A DNA stretch of 64,000 bases from the NCBI GenBank assembly GCA_902800525.1, contig CADCEV010000002.1, positions 95,695-159,694 on the forward strand. The letters run 5' to 3'. The position numbers and the translations under genes are program-made. The notes beneath the pieces were generated by a model that made no database searches, was not told where the DNA came from, and saw only the letters and a program-made list of their open reading frames with translations. Position 1 is the stretch's first letter; each line of letters starts with the position of its first letter. This DNA comes from an uncultured Bacteroidales bacterium (GTDB taxonomy: Bacteria > Bacteroidota > Bacteroidia > Bacteroidales > Paludibacteraceae). Positions 8,783 to 19,347 of this stretch are shown one piece after another.

Positions 8783-10017
8783 CTCTCTTTCTTACCTTTG
8801 ATCATTAAAATAGTGCCCGACAGCACACATTCCAGGACCTCTGCGGCGATCCAACTGATACAGACAGCCGCTACGCCCATACGGGGAATGAGCACGGTGT
8901 TCATCGTGATACACACCACCGCCAGAGTCAGTCCTATCCACGGCGCAAACCGCTGCAAGCCCATCCCATACAAGCCCTGAATCGTCAGCAGGGTAGCCAT
9001 CATCACGAGGAAGGGGATCGGGGCTAACCATTTCAGGATATCAATAGCCGCCGTGAAATCCGCTCCGTACACAATCCTGATAGCTATCGGAGCTATGATA
9101 TACGTCCCGATGGAAACCACCAAAGCCGCCGAACCTGCATACAGCATCGCCCGCTTAAGGAAAGCCAGCCCCCCTTCTTTGGAGGCTTCAAACCGCTTGC
9201 TGATCTCCGGGAAAACGGATATACTGACCGGCAGAACAACTACCATGATCAGCGCCATAATCAGTTTCTGTGCCGCGGAGAAATAGCCCACAATCGTATC
9301 GGTTACGTACAGGCCCAGCATGGTCATATTCACCGTTGTGTAGAGGCTTCCAAAAAGATTGTTGAGGAAAATCGGCCAACTTGGCGACAGCACTTCGCGC
9401 AAGGACTGGCGTGTACATACATAGGAGCCGATACCAAAGTGGCGAATGACATAGAGTAACGCTCCACCGCCTACGACGATACTCGCCAATGAAAGCAATA
9501 ACGGATACAACCGATACATCGAAGCCTCGCGAACGAGCAATAAAACCAAGCCTGCTCCTAAGAGTTTAATGAAGAAATTAGCCCACGCCATCTTGTCCAT
9601 TTGTTGCTCCCCCTGCAAATACCAGGTAGGAAAGAGCACAAAACCGATATTAATCATCGCGGTATATAAATAGAGCAATGGATCCGCGGCAACTCGGTCA
9701 AAGAACAACGGCAACGCAGCCATCATCATAAACGAAACGAGTAGTAGCAGTGCTTTGAAGCTTATCACCGCCCAGAAAATCCGTCTTTTATGTTCCTTGT
9801 CTTCGCCCGCCAAGGCTATCTGGCGCGTCGCCGAATACTCAAAACCGAAATTGACCAATAAGGTGAGGTAGCTGACGATGTTTTGAGCATAACTGACAGA
9901 ACCAAAGAGGGTTGCGCCTAAGACACGGCTGATAATAGGGAGTACCAAAAACGGAATCAGGTAGTTAGCTACCTGTAGTACTCCGACTGAAACCATATTT
10001 TTATATATCCGCTGCAA
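8779..10017 (-). CDS. wzx: Wzx-type polysaccharide flippase (MOP superfamily)
   Basis: 412 aa with about 12 TM helices and a typical N-terminus (VLQVANYLIPFLVLPIISRVLG). 4-nt overlap with the downstream gene. Confidence 0.75.
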   Translation of the reverse strand: MQRIYKNMVSVGVLQVANYLIPFLVLPIISRVLGATLFGSVSYAQNIVSYLTLLVNFGFEYSATRQIALAGEDKEHKRRIFWAVISFKALLLLVSFMMMAALPLFFDRVAADPLLYLYTAMINIGFVLFPTWYLQGEQQMDKMAWANFFIKLLGAGLVLLLVREASMYRLYPLLLSLASIVVGGGALLYVIRHFGIGSYVCTRQSLREVLSPSWPIFLNNLFGSLYTTVNMTMLGLYVTDTIVGYFSAAQKLIMALIMVVVLPVSISVFPEISKRFEASKEGGLAFLKRAMLYAGSAALVVSIGTYIIAPIAIRIVYGADFTAAIDILKWLAPIPFLVMMATLLTIQGLYGMGLQRFAPWIGLTLAVVCITMNTVLIPRMGVAAVCISWIAAEVLECVLSGTILMIKGKKER

Positions 10018-10019
10018 TA

Positions 10020-11153
10020 TTACTTTCCTAATTGTTCGTTTGCCAAACGTAGAGCTTGCTCAATGGTTGGCGCCATGTCGTAGTATTTATATTCCGCAAG
10101 CCGCCCGCCGAAAAGAACTTTCTTCTCCTTTTCTGCAAGCGATTTGTATTGTTGATACAATGCTGCATTCCGGTCGTCGTTGACGGGATAATAAGGCTCC
10201 ATCCCCGGTTGCCATTCCATGCTAAACTCGCGGCTGATGACCGTCTTTGGGTTTTCGTACACCGCCTGACCGAACGACTCAAAATGCTTATGTTCGATGA
10301 TGCGCGTATAGGGTGTCTCGCGGTCCGTGTAGTTAATAACCGCATTGCCCTGATGGTTCGGCGTGTCCATTAGTTCGGTCTCAAATCGCACCGTGCGGTA
10401 CTGCAACGAACCGAAACGATAGTCGAAGAACTGATCAACCGGACCCGTATATACAATCTTCTCAGCTACCCTCTCCAACTCCTCGCGGTGCGCAAAAAAA
10501 TCGCAGTTTGTGCGCGTCTCAATATTATCTAATAGCTTTTCAATCAGTAGATTATATCCGCCGATAGGAATGCCTTGATAAGGGTCATTGAAATAATTAT
10601 TGTCATACACGAACCGTAACGGAAGACGACGGATGATAAATGCCGGCAACTCCGTACATGGTCTTCCCCATTGCTTCTCCGTATAACCCCGGATGAGTTT
10701 CTCGTAGATATCTTTTCCCACCAACAGTAACGCTTGCTCCTCAAGGTTCTGCGGTTGACTGCCGTTGAGTGCGCTACTGATAGCTGCCCGCTGTCGGTTG
10801 ATCTCCTCCTGCGCTTCCTCCGGTGTTCGTACGCCCCACATCTGATAGAACGTGTTCATATTGAATGGCAAATTGTACAACGCACCCTTGTAGTTCGCTA
10901 CAGGGCAGTTCGTGTACCGGTTGAACGGCACTAAACGGTTCGCAAAATCCCATACCTCCTTATTGGAAGTATGGAAGATATGTGCTCCATAAGTATGCAC
11001 ATGGATGCCCTCAACCGTCTCGCAATACACGTTTCCACCAAGATGGGCGCGTTTGTCAATGACCAAGCACCGCTTACCGGCTTGCTTTGCACGATAAGCA
11101 AACGTTGCTCCAAATAGTCCGGAACCTACTATCAAATAGTCGTACTCAAACAT
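10020..11153 (-). CDS. glf: UDP-galactopyranose mutase
   Basis: FAD-binding N-terminus DYLIVGSGLFGATFA...IDKRAHLGGNVY, GAHIFHT, typical length of 377 aa. Confidence 0.92.
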   Translation of the reverse strand: MFEYDYLIVGSGLFGATFAYRAKQAGKRCLVIDKRAHLGGNVYCETVEGIHVHTYGAHIFHTSNKEVWDFANRLVPFNRYTNCPVANYKGALYNLPFNMNTFYQMWGVRTPEEAQEEINRQRAAISSALNGSQPQNLEEQALLLVGKDIYEKLIRGYTEKQWGRPCTELPAFIIRRLPLRFVYDNNYFNDPYQGIPIGGYNLLIEKLLDNIETRTNCDFFAHREELERVAEKIVYTGPVDQFFDYRFGSLQYRTVRFETELMDTPNHQGNAVINYTDRETPYTRIIEHKHFESFGQAVYENPKTVISREFSMEWQPGMEPYYPVNDDRNAALYQQYKSLAEKEKKVLFGGRLAEYKYYDMAPTIEQALRLANEQLGK

Positions 11154-11243
11154 AGTTACTCAAAAAGTCTGCAAATTTACAACTTTTTTTGCATATATGC
11201 AAATAAAAGTAAAAACTTTCTTAAATAAACGACTAAATACGCA

Positions 11244-11271
11244 CAAAAAAGCCCAAAACTTTCGTTTCGGA
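11244..11271 (-). terminator. Possible intrinsic terminator downstream of rpsP
   Basis: On the minus strand, a CCGAAAC..GTTTTGG stem (one G:U pair) is followed by a T-run. Confidence 0.35.
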
Positions 11272-11329
11272 CTTCTTTTTCTCTTTCGGTGTTCCGATAT
11301 GTCGGTATTTCGAGATATCGTTATTCCGA

Positions 11330-11875
11330 TTAAGCTTCAGCCTCTTTAGCCTCTGCCTCAGCGGCAGCAGCCTCTTGAGCAGCCTCTTGTGCAGCAGCAG
11401 CGAGCTCTGCAGCAGCAGCGGCACGCTTCTCTGCTACTTTAGCAGCGATAGCTTTGTTGGTCTCTACCTCTTGTGCAAGCAATGCCTTTGCAGCAGCAGC
11501 TTTCTTGTCTGCCTCTGCCTGACTGATCTTACCAGCCTTAGCATCTTTCTGAGCCTTCCAAGCATCGAAACGCTTCTGAGCCTCTTCCTGGCTGAATGCA
11601 CCCTTAGCTACACCGCCTTGCAAGTGTTTGCAAAGCAATACACCCTCGTTGGAGAGGATAGTACGTACTGTGTCAGTCGGTTGTGCACCGCAGTTTACCC
11701 AATAAAGAGCACGCTCGAAGTTCAGGATAACTGCTGCAGGATTAGTGTTCGGGTTGAAAGAACCGATACGCTCGATGTACTTGCCGTCACGCGGGGAACG
11801 GCTGTCAGCTACTACGATGTGGTAGAATGCATAGTCCTTGTGACCATGACGAGCCAAACGAATTTTTGTTGCCAT
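11330..11875 (-). CDS. rpsP: 30S ribosomal protein S16 with a long Ala/Glu/Lys-rich C-terminal extension
   Basis: N-terminus [42 protein letters not shown]. The ORF is 181 aa, and the last ~90 aa are low-complexity A/E/K. Confidence 0.92.
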   Translation of the reverse strand: MATKIRLARHGHKDYAFYHIVVADSRSPRDGKYIERIGSFNPNTNPAAVILNFERALYWVNCGAQPTDTVRTILSNEGVLLCKHLQGGVAKGAFSQEEAQKRFDAWKAQKDAKAGKISQAEADKKAAAAKALLAQEVETNKAIAAKVAEKRAAAAAELAAAAQEAAQEAAAAEAEAKEAEA

Positions 11876-12062
11876 TGTTGTTTTGTTGTTTTGTGGGCCT
11901 TGAACTACGCGAGTTCTTCGCCCGGGTTAATAATAAAATGACGTGCTTTTTACTCGAAAAAGCCTGCAAAATTACAATATTTTTTTGAATTGCGCAAATT
12001 TTCGGGCAAAAAAATGCGTTTTTTCTTTATTTTGCTCTCTTAATAATCAATTTCAACGGGAA

Positions 12063-12632
12063 CTACCGATAAATCCAATACCCGGCGATGCCGGCAAGGA
12101 GGATAAGAAGGATAGGGTGGCTTAGTATATTCCCCTCTTTTTTCTTGACGAAATTCGGTAGCACGGTAAAGAAAGCAACCGCACCGAAAATGATCCAGCT
12201 GACCGGATCAATGAAATTAGTGGGCTTGATCAGCATCAAAGCCGCCGAAGCGATGAGACCGATTACCGTAAAACGCATCATACGCAGCGTCTGCTCGAAA
12301 TAAACATTCCCTTGAAAACGCCGGCTGAGCCAGAAATAGACCTTGCATATGGAAAGCATAATAATGAGACTCGGCAAAATAATAGCCGAAGTGGTCAACA
12401 CACTGCCCCACACGCTGCCGGTAGCGGTGTAGCCCACATATGTTGCGCAGTTAATACCGATCGGTCCCGGTGTGACTTGACTAACCGCCACAATATCAAT
12501 GAACTCCTGCTGACTCATCCATCCGTTTTGCTCCACTTCCATCTGTATGAGCGACAAGATAGCCAAGCCTCCTCCGAAACCGAAGAGACCTATCTTGAAG
12601 AAACTCAAAAACAACTGAAGATAAAGCAACAT
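12063..12632 (-). CDS. chrA: Chromate transporter family protein (short ChrA, second of a pair)
   Basis: FKIGLFGFGGGLAILSLIQ motif, about 5-6 TM helices, 189 aa. Confidence 0.8.
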   Translation of the reverse strand: MLLYLQLFLSFFKIGLFGFGGGLAILSLIQMEVEQNGWMSQQEFIDIVAVSQVTPGPIGINCATYVGYTATGSVWGSVLTTSAIILPSLIIMLSICKVYFWLSRRFQGNVYFEQTLRMMRFTVIGLIASAALMLIKPTNFIDPVSWIIFGAVAFFTVLPNFVKKKEGNILSHPILLILLAGIAGYWIYR

Positions 12633-12634
12633 GT

Positions 12635-12671
12635 GATTTACGATTTGACGATTTACGATTTGACGATTTAT
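12635..12671. repeat. CGATTTA/CGATTTGA alternating array (15-bp super-period)
   Basis: Occupies exactly the spacer between the two chrA halves. Confidence 0.9.
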
Positions 12672-13240
12672 CGGGTGATTTTCTCATTTAACCATAGCGC
12701 TGACAGGGTGAAGACGATGGTGGCGAGAATGACCCAGACAGGGTTAACTCCTCCGAGCCAAATCAACAGGGCTGCGGCTAAAGAGATCAGTAGCGGCAGA
12801 GCGTTGCGTCCTTTTTGGGACGAATCAGAATCTGGCTTGCCGATGGCTGATTTAGCCATCTTGAATAACGGAGCCGCAATCAGCGCCACCACAGCAGGAC
12901 GAATTCCCTTGAAAGCCGCCTCTACCGCCGGCAGTTCTTTCCATTCGGTGAAGACCATTGCGATGGCTAAAATGATTACAAATGAAGGCAATACGGCTCC
13001 CAAAACAGCGCCGCAAACACCTTTCCATCCGCCTATCCGCCAGCCGATGAAAATAGCCGAATTGACGGCAATCAAGCCCGGTGCAGCCTGCGCCAGAGCG
13101 ATCATGTTCAGGAACTCCTCCTCGTCAATCCACCCTTTGCGGTCCACCACTTCGCGCTGGATAAGGGGCAACATGGCATAACCTCCACCAAGGGTGAAGG
13201 TGCCGATCTTGAAATACGTGTAAAATAACTGCCAGAACAA
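12668..13240 (-). CDS. chrA: Chromate transporter family protein (short ChrA, first of a pair)
   Basis: FKIGTFTLGGGYAMLPLIQREVV motif, 190 aa, directly upstream of its paralogous partner. Confidence 0.8.
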   Translation of the reverse strand: MFWQLFYTYFKIGTFTLGGGYAMLPLIQREVVDRKGWIDEEEFLNMIALAQAAPGLIAVNSAIFIGWRIGGWKGVCGAVLGAVLPSFVIILAIAMVFTEWKELPAVEAAFKGIRPAVVALIAAPLFKMAKSAIGKPDSDSSQKGRNALPLLISLAAALLIWLGGVNPVWVILATIVFTLSALWLNEKITR

Positions 13241-13243
13241 AAC

Positions 13244-13858
13244 TTACTTCTCCGCAATCTGCTGTTTGACGAATTTAGCCAGCATGTTGATCGCAGCGTT
13301 GTTATGTCCGCCTTGCGGCACAATAACATCCGCAAAACGTTTGCAAGGCTCGATGAACTGCTCGTGCATCGGTTTCAGAATGCGCTGGTAACGCTCGATA
13401 ACCTGCTCTGCTGAACGTCCGCGCTCCACTACATCGCGCTTCATGACGCGTATCAAACGGTCGTCCGCATCTGCGTCCACAAAAATCTTCAGATCCATCT
13501 GTTTGCGCATGTTCGGCTCCCGCAACGCCATGATCCCTTCCACAATCACCACCTCTTTGGGTTCGATGTGAATAGTTTCCTCCGCACGTGTGCAAGTAAT
13601 ATAGGAATAAATCGGTTGCTCAATGGGCTTACCCTCTTTGAGCATAGCAATATGCTGGCTCAACAGATTCCAATCGAACGCGTCCGGGTGATCGAAATTG
13701 ATAAACTGACGTTCCGCTACAGGCACATTACTGCTGTCCTTGTAATACGAATCTTGAGGAATAACTACGACTTCGTTTTTAGGAAGACGCTCAATGAGTT
13801 TTTTGACTACCGTTGTTTTACCCGAGCCGGTACCGCCCGCAATGCCGATGATAAACAT
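13244..13858 (-). CDS. udk: Uridine kinase
   Basis: P-loop IGIAGGTGSGKTT, DSYY, FDHPDAFD, 204 aa. Confidence 0.9.
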   Translation of the reverse strand: MFIIGIAGGTGSGKTTVVKKLIERLPKNEVVVIPQDSYYKDSSNVPVAERQFINFDHPDAFDWNLLSQHIAMLKEGKPIEQPIYSYITCTRAEETIHIEPKEVVIVEGIMALREPNMRKQMDLKIFVDADADDRLIRVMKRDVVERGRSAEQVIERYQRILKPMHEQFIEPCKRFADVIVPQGGHNNAAINMLAKFVKQQIAEK

Positions 13859-13862
13859 AAGT

Positions 13863-13883
13863 CGATTTACGATTTACGATTGA
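13863..13883. repeat. CGATTTA heptamer array (3 units)
   Basis: Lies directly upstream of the udk start codon. Confidence 0.8.
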
Positions 13884-13893
13884 TTTCGGGGTG

Positions 13894-13901
13894 CAAAGGT
13901 A
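13894..13901 (-). promoter_or_regulatory. Bacteroidetes -7 box (TACCTTTG on the minus strand) for udk
   Basis: CAAAGGTA on the plus strand, preceded on the minus strand by TTGCGTATATCAAAAAAAAAGTG. This matches the promoter architecture repeated across the window. Confidence 0.55.
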
Positions 13902-13953
13902 CACTTTTTTTTTGATATACGCAAATAAATTTGCATATTTCAATTTTTTTTCG

Positions 13954-13961
13954 TACCTTTG
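13954..13961 (+). promoter_or_regulatory. Bacteroidetes -7 box (TACCTTTG) for rsfS-ftsH
   Basis: TTGCATATTTCAATTTTTTTTCGTACCTTTG, divergent from the udk promoter. Confidence 0.55.
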
Positions 13962-14029
13962 TGCCCGAATTCTTACTTTGCGGTAATCCGCACATAAGAA
14001 TATTAGAAAAATCGATAAATATTTGTTTT

Positions 14030-14395
14030 ATGAAAGAGATAACTACAAAAAAACTGATGGATACCATTATTGAGGGTATCCGTAACCGAAAAGGTCAACG
14101 TATTGTGACCATTGATTTGCGTAAGATTAAAGAGGCTCCGGTCGAGATGATGGTCATCTGTGAGGGGCAGAGTAACACCCAGGTAGCCGCTATCGCGGAC
14201 GAAGTGGATGATTTTGTGCGCACTACAACTCACGTGCATCCTATGAGCGTATCCGGAAAAGAGAACGCAGAATGGATTGCTATGGATTATGGCACGATTT
14301 TTGTCCACATTATGCAGCGTGAGCCGCGTGCGTTCTATGACATTGAGCACCTCTGGGCAGACGGTAAAATAACCGAACTCCCGGAAATACTCTGA
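14030..14395 (+). CDS. rsfS: Ribosome silencing factor RsfS (iojap family)
   Basis: The track ORF starts at 13931, but that region overlaps the promoter. I prefer the ATG at 14030 (MKEITTKKLMDTI). C-terminal WIAMDYGTIFVHIM..R.FYDIEHLW motif. Confidence 0.88.
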   Translation: MKEITTKKLMDTIIEGIRNRKGQRIVTIDLRKIKEAPVEMMVICEGQSNTQVAAIADEVDDFVRTTTHVHPMSVSGKENAEWIAMDYGTIFVHIMQREPRAFYDIEHLWADGKITELPEIL

Positions 14396-14450
14396 TCCCC
14401 GCATCGTGCCAAGCACGCTAAAAACATTGTTAAACTGTTATTTTATAGGA

Positions 14451-16541
14451 ATGGCGGATAAAAAAACTGTAAAGCGGCAAGCGCCGCAACAAAAGCAACC
14501 CGGCGGACCAAGACGATGGATCAGCCTCCTCTTTTATGTGCTGGCTTTTGCGTTCATGGGCTATTATTTCTTCGGCGACAAAGAAGGACAAGGGCTGAGC
14601 AAAGAAGTGAGTTACACCAACCTCACCAAATACATCGAAGCCGGTGTGATTGATAAAATCGAAGTGAAGGATGACCTGATGGCTACTGCCAAAGTGAAGC
14701 CGCAGAACTACACCGTGGTTTTCAATACCCAAGGTGACGGCGAACGGGCGAAAGGTGCTGTGCGTACCCAGGTACCCTCTATCGAAGAGTTCTCCAAATA
14801 CATGACTGAAGTCAACTCGACCCGCAAACAGAACGGTCAGGCGGTTATTGACGTGACCTATTCCAAGTCGCGCGACTATTGGTACCTCATTTTGGTGAAC
14901 ATCCTGCCTTTTGCGCTGATGATTCTCTTCTTTGTCTATCTCAGCCGGGGTATGAGCGGTTTAGGTGGCGCCGGAGGAATCTTCGGTGTCGGACGGGCTC
15001 AAGCGCAACTCTTCGACAAGGATAAAAAGGACAAAGTAACCTTTCAGGATGTAGCCGGCTTATACGGCGCCAAGCAAGAGGTACAAGAGATCGTGGAGTT
15101 CCTCAAGAACCCTAAGAAATACACCGAGATAGGTGCTAAGATCCCTAAGGGAGCACTTCTTGTAGGCCCTCCGGGAACCGGTAAAACGCTCCTTGCCAAA
15201 GCCGTAGCCGGCGAAGCCGATGTACCTTTCTTCTCGATGAGCGGCTCGGATTTCGTGGAGATGTTCGTCGGCGTCGGTGCAAGCCGCGTGCGTGACCTCT
15301 TCCGTCAAGCCAAAGAGAAAGCGCCGGCAATCATTTTCATTGATGAGATTGATGCCATCGGTCGTAGCCGTAGCAAAGGCGTCATGACAGGCGGTAACGA
15401 TGAGCGTGAGAGCACGCTGAACCAGCTCCTTACGGAGATGGACGGTTTTGGTACTAACTCAGGTGTTATCATCCTTGCGGCTACTAACCGCGCAGATGTG
15501 TTGGATGCTGCGCTTCTTCGCGCCGGACGTTTCGACCGACAGATACATGTTGAACTGCCGGACCTCCAGGAACGCAAAGAGATATTCCAGGTTCATCTCC
15601 GTCCTATCAAATTGGATGAGTCGGTAGATGTGGATTTCCTCAGCAAACAGACCCCGGGCTTCTCCGGTGCGGATATAGCGAACGTTTGTAACGAGGCGGC
15701 TCTGATTGCTGCGCGTGGCGGACGGAAGAAAGTCACCAAACAGGATTTCATGGATGCTGTCGATCGTATCGTGGGCGGTTTGGAACGCAAGAATAAGATC
15801 ATGACCGAGGAGGAAAAGAAATCTATTGCTTACCACGAAGCAGGTCATGCTACTATCAGTTGGATGCTTCGCTGGGCGAACCCCTTGGTCAAAGTGACCA
15901 TCGTGCCGCGTGGCATGGCGCTCGGCGCAGCGTGGTACTTGCCCGAAGAGCGTCAGTTGACCAACGAAGAGCATATTCTCGATGAGTTATGCTCCTTGCT
16001 CGGTGGTCGTGCTGCTGAGCAGCTCTTCTTGGACCAGACATCAACGGGAGCCCTCAATGATTTGGAGCGCGTTACTAAGCAGGCATATGCCATGGTGGCT
16101 TACTACGGCATGAGCGATAAACTGAAAGATGTCTCTTTCTATGACTCTACCGGACGCTACGACTATGGATTCACCAAGCCTTATTCGGACAAGACCGCTA
16201 CTCTCATTGACCAAGAGACGCAGCGTATTATCGCCGACCAGATGGCGCGCGCCAAACAGATCCTGACCGAGAACGCCGAGGGACATCACCAAATAGCCCA
16301 ACTCCTCATAGACCGCGAGGTCATCACTTCCGAGGATGTAGAGCGCATCCTTGGTCCGAGACCTTGGAAAAGCCGCGGGGACGAACTGCTTGCTGCGAAT
16401 GAGGAATTAGCCAAGGAAGCGGCGGCTAAGAAAAAACGGGCGCCCCGCAAGAAAAAAGAAGAGTCCCAAACATCGCCCGACGAGGCACAACAAAGTCAAA
16501 CCACTTTAAACGACGTCAATAATGAAACGACAACTGCTTAA
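14451..16541 (+). CDS. ftsH: ATP-dependent zinc metalloprotease FtsH
   Basis: Walker [19 protein letters not shown], Walker [10 protein letters not shown], zinc site HEAGHA. The ATG at 14451 (MADKK) is preferred over the GTG at 14406. Confidence 0.95.
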   Translation: MADKKTVKRQAPQQKQPGGPRRWISLLFYVLAFAFMGYYFFGDKEGQGLSKEVSYTNLTKYIEAGVIDKIEVKDDLMATAKVKPQNYTVVFNTQGDGERAKGAVRTQVPSIEEFSKYMTEVNSTRKQNGQAVIDVTYSKSRDYWYLILVNILPFALMILFFVYLSRGMSGLGGAGGIFGVGRAQAQLFDKDKKDKVTFQDVAGLYGAKQEVQEIVEFLKNPKKYTEIGAKIPKGALLVGPPGTGKTLLAKAVAGEADVPFFSMSGSDFVEMFVGVGASRVRDLFRQAKEKAPAIIFIDEIDAIGRSRSKGVMTGGNDERESTLNQLLTEMDGFGTNSGVIILAATNRADVLDAALLRAGRFDRQIHVELPDLQERKEIFQVHLRPIKLDESVDVDFLSKQTPGFSGADIANVCNEAALIAARGGRKKVTKQDFMDAVDRIVGGLERKNKIMTEEEKKSIAYHEAGHATISWMLRWANPLVKVTIVPRGMALGAAWYLPEERQLTNEEHILDELCSLLGGRAAEQLFLDQTSTGALNDLERVTKQAYAMVAYYGMSDKLKDVSFYDSTGRYDYGFTKPYSDKTATLIDQETQRIIADQMARAKQILTENAEGHHQIAQLLIDREVITSEDVERILGPRPWKSRGDELLAANEELAKEAAAKKKRAPRKKKEESQTSPDEAQQSQTTLNDVNNETTTA

Positions 16542-19329
16542 CATCGCGCTACTGGCTGTAGCTATGATGGTTTCGGCGCAGCAGGCGCCGGAGAAACTCG
16601 CCATGGACCCCGAGGTCCGTTATGGCAAGTTGGAAAACGGATTGACCTATTATATCCGTCATAATGAGCAACCCAAACAACGTGCTGAGTTCCACATCGC
16701 GCAAGCGGTTGGTGCTATCCTCGAAGAGGATCACCAGAACGGTCTGGCGCACTTCTTGGAGCACATGGCATTCAATGGTACCCAGCATTTCCCCGGCAAA
16801 GGAATCATCAATTATTTCGAGTCTGTGGGTGTGAACTTCGGTGGAAACATCAATGCATATACCTCGATTGACGAGACGGTCTATCGTCTCTCCGATGTGC
16901 CGACTTATCGTGCGGGTATCGTGGATAGCGCGCTGCTCGTTATGCACGATTGGAGCTGCGGCTTGCTGCTTCTGGACGAGGAGATAGACGCTGAGCGCGG
17001 CGTCATCCTGGAGGAATGGCGTACTGGACGCACCGCGCGCAGGCGCATATGGAAAGAGATGAACGCGCGCATGTACCCGGGCACGCAATACGCGAAACGC
17101 GATGTGATCGGGGACACGGCGGTGATCAATAATTTTGAGTACGAGGCGCTGCGTGATTATTATAAGAAATGGTATGGTCCTGATAACCAAGCTATTATCG
17201 TAGTGGGTGACATCAATGTGGATAGTATTGAGGCGAAGATCAAAGCCCTCTGGGCGGATGTACCGCGTCGTGCCAACTACGGTGAGCGCCCGATCTACAC
17301 GGTGAACCACAACGAGAAACCGCTGGTTGTAATCGTTACCGACCCCGAGGCGGAAGGTAGCCGTATCACTATGCAGTATAAGTTCGACCAACTGCCGGAG
17401 ATGCTTCAAGGTACCGCACAGGCATACATGATCGATGTGTTGCGCGGCTTGATCTGCGATATGATGGATAACCGTTTCTCGGAACTGGCGCTGGATCCCA
17501 AAGCGTCCTTCACCGGCGCCGGATGCCAATACGGCGAGTGCGCTAAGAAAATGGATGCGTTCTACGCCATCACCATCCCCAAAGAGGGACGTGAGACCGA
17601 GGCGTTCCAAGACCTCCTCTTCCAATTGGAATCCATGCACCGCTATGGCTTTACCAACGCGGAATTGGAGCGCGTGAAAGCAGAGAAACTGAATCGCATG
17701 GAGAAGGCTTACAACGAGCGTAACACTAACCGCAATATATCCTTAGCGCGTGAGTGCATCCGTAACTTCGAGGACGGAGAACCGATGCCGGGCATTGCGT
17801 GGGAATACGATTTCGTACAGGCTATGATGCCGATGGTCAGCCTTGAGATGATCAACGAAATGGCTAAATCTCTCATCCATGCGAACCCGACCGTTGCCAT
17901 CTCAGGCCCGCAGAAAGAAGGCGTGAACATCCCCTCGGAGGAAACGATCCTCAAGGCACTGGCTGGTCTCAGCGAACTGGCTATCGAAGCGCCGGCGGAA
18001 GAGGTCTTTGACTCGGAACTCGTGAAGAAAGCACCGCATAAAGGCAAGATCAAATCCGTCACTCGCAATGACGAACTCGGTATCACCGAATGGATCCTCT
18101 CCAACGGTATCAAGGTGGTGTTCAAACCCACGGAATTCAAGGCGGACGAGATCCTGATGCGTGCGTTCTCGAAGGGTGGTATGAGCCAGGTGGCTACCGC
18201 CGATCTGCCGTCTGCGCAAGTGGCTACTTCCATCGTCGGTTTCTCCGGTATCGGACGTTTTAACTACACCCAATTGGAGAAAGCCCTGACCGGTAAGAGC
18301 GTATCTATTGACCCGCAGATTGCGGAGAATACCGAGCAGTTGGTGGGCTCTTCGGCGGTTAAGGATTTCGAGTCACTCATGCAGTTGACCTATCTCTATT
18401 TTACTGCTCCTCGTCGCGACGAGCAGGCATACGAGACCTTCATCTCGCTGATGAAGAACCAACTCGCAAACCGCGATAAAAACCCAAAAATCACCTTCTC
18501 CGATTCGATACAGATGATGAGCACGAACCATTCGGAGCGTACTATCCTCTTCGACACCACGACGCTCAAACAAGTGTCGCTCGATAAGGCGCTGGAGATC
18601 TACAAAGCGCGCTTTGCGAACCCGGCGGACTTCACCTTCATCTTTGTCGGTAACATCAACCCCAATGACCCCAAAGTGCAGGAACTGATCTGCCAGTGGC
18701 TCGGTGGCTTGAAGACAAAAAAGAACAAGTTCGAGCAGGTGGTTGACCATCACATCACGGTCGCAAAAGGGCAGCAGAAGAACTATTTCAGCCGCCAGAT
18801 GGAGACTACAACGGCGTCTAACCGCATCCAATATACGTCCTATGACATCCCGTATTCGATTGCCAATGACCTGAATATGGAGATGATCGGACGTATCCTC
18901 AGCACCCGTTACTTGGAGTCGATTCGTGAGCGAGAAGGTGGTTCTTATGGTGTTGGCACGTACGGCTATCTCTCTATCCTCCCGACACCGAAAGCTGCCC
19001 TAATCATGCAATTCGACACCGATCCTAAGAAGCAGGCACGTCTCATGGAAATCATCCACGAGGAAGTACAGACCATCATCGAAAATGGCCCGCAGGCGAA
19101 AGACCTGCAGAAAGAGAAAGAGTCGATGCTCAAAGATTTCCAGGAAGATTTGGAGAAGAATACCTATTGGCGTCAGGAGATGTACATGTACTACATGTAT
19201 GGCATCAACAACATCCGCGATTACAAAGCGGCTGTCGAAGGCATCACTGCCGAGACCGTACAGGCTACGCTCAAAAAATTAGTCTCCTCCGGCAATATGT
19301 TTGAAGTAGTCATGTTCCCGGAAAACTAA
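16522..19329 (+). CDS. M16-family zinc peptidase (pitrilysin/PqqL-like, two-lobed)
   Basis: Signal peptide, inverted zinc motif HFLEHMAFNG, 935 aa. The start overlaps the ftsH 3' end by 20 nt. Confidence 0.88.
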   Translation: MKRQLLNIALLAVAMMVSAQQAPEKLAMDPEVRYGKLENGLTYYIRHNEQPKQRAEFHIAQAVGAILEEDHQNGLAHFLEHMAFNGTQHFPGKGIINYFESVGVNFGGNINAYTSIDETVYRLSDVPTYRAGIVDSALLVMHDWSCGLLLLDEEIDAERGVILEEWRTGRTARRRIWKEMNARMYPGTQYAKRDVIGDTAVINNFEYEALRDYYKKWYGPDNQAIIVVGDINVDSIEAKIKALWADVPRRANYGERPIYTVNHNEKPLVVIVTDPEAEGSRITMQYKFDQLPEMLQGTAQAYMIDVLRGLICDMMDNRFSELALDPKASFTGAGCQYGECAKKMDAFYAITIPKEGRETEAFQDLLFQLESMHRYGFTNAELERVKAEKLNRMEKAYNERNTNRNISLARECIRNFEDGEPMPGIAWEYDFVQAMMPMVSLEMINEMAKSLIHANPTVAISGPQKEGVNIPSEETILKALAGLSELAIEAPAEEVFDSELVKKAPHKGKIKSVTRNDELGITEWILSNGIKVVFKPTEFKADEILMRAFSKGGMSQVATADLPSAQVATSIVGFSGIGRFNYTQLEKALTGKSVSIDPQIAENTEQLVGSSAVKDFESLMQLTYLYFTAPRRDEQAYETFISLMKNQLANRDKNPKITFSDSIQMMSTNHSERTILFDTTTLKQVSLDKALEIYKARFANPADFTFIFVGNINPNDPKVQELICQWLGGLKTKKNKFEQVVDHHITVAKGQQKNYFSRQMETTTASNRIQYTSYDIPYSIANDLNMEMIGRILSTRYLESIREREGGSYGVGTYGYLSILPTPKAALIMQFDTDPKKQARLMEIIHEEVQTIIENGPQAKDLQKEKESMLKDFQEDLEKNTYWRQEMYMYYMYGINNIRDYKAAVEGITAETVQATLKKLVSSGNMFEVVMFPEN

Positions 19330-19347
19330 TCGCAGAAGCAGATCACA

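Noticed and set aside
12063-13240. The split chrA pair as a disrupted pseudogene.
   Set aside because: Both halves are intact ORFs with their own starts and the conserved FKIG.F..GGG motif. Paired short ChrA genes are a known normal arrangement. The repeat array lies cleanly in the spacer.
13931-14029. Upstream-extended starts offered by the ORF track: 13931 for rsfS, 14406 for ftsH, 28545 for rfbA, 6843 for GT4, 4973 for GT2, 30719 for the DMT protein, 45136 for the giant gene and 63053 for tamB.
   Set aside because: The extensions overlap promoters, repeat arrays or the upstream gene. Internal ATGs give canonical family N-termini and tight operon junctions.
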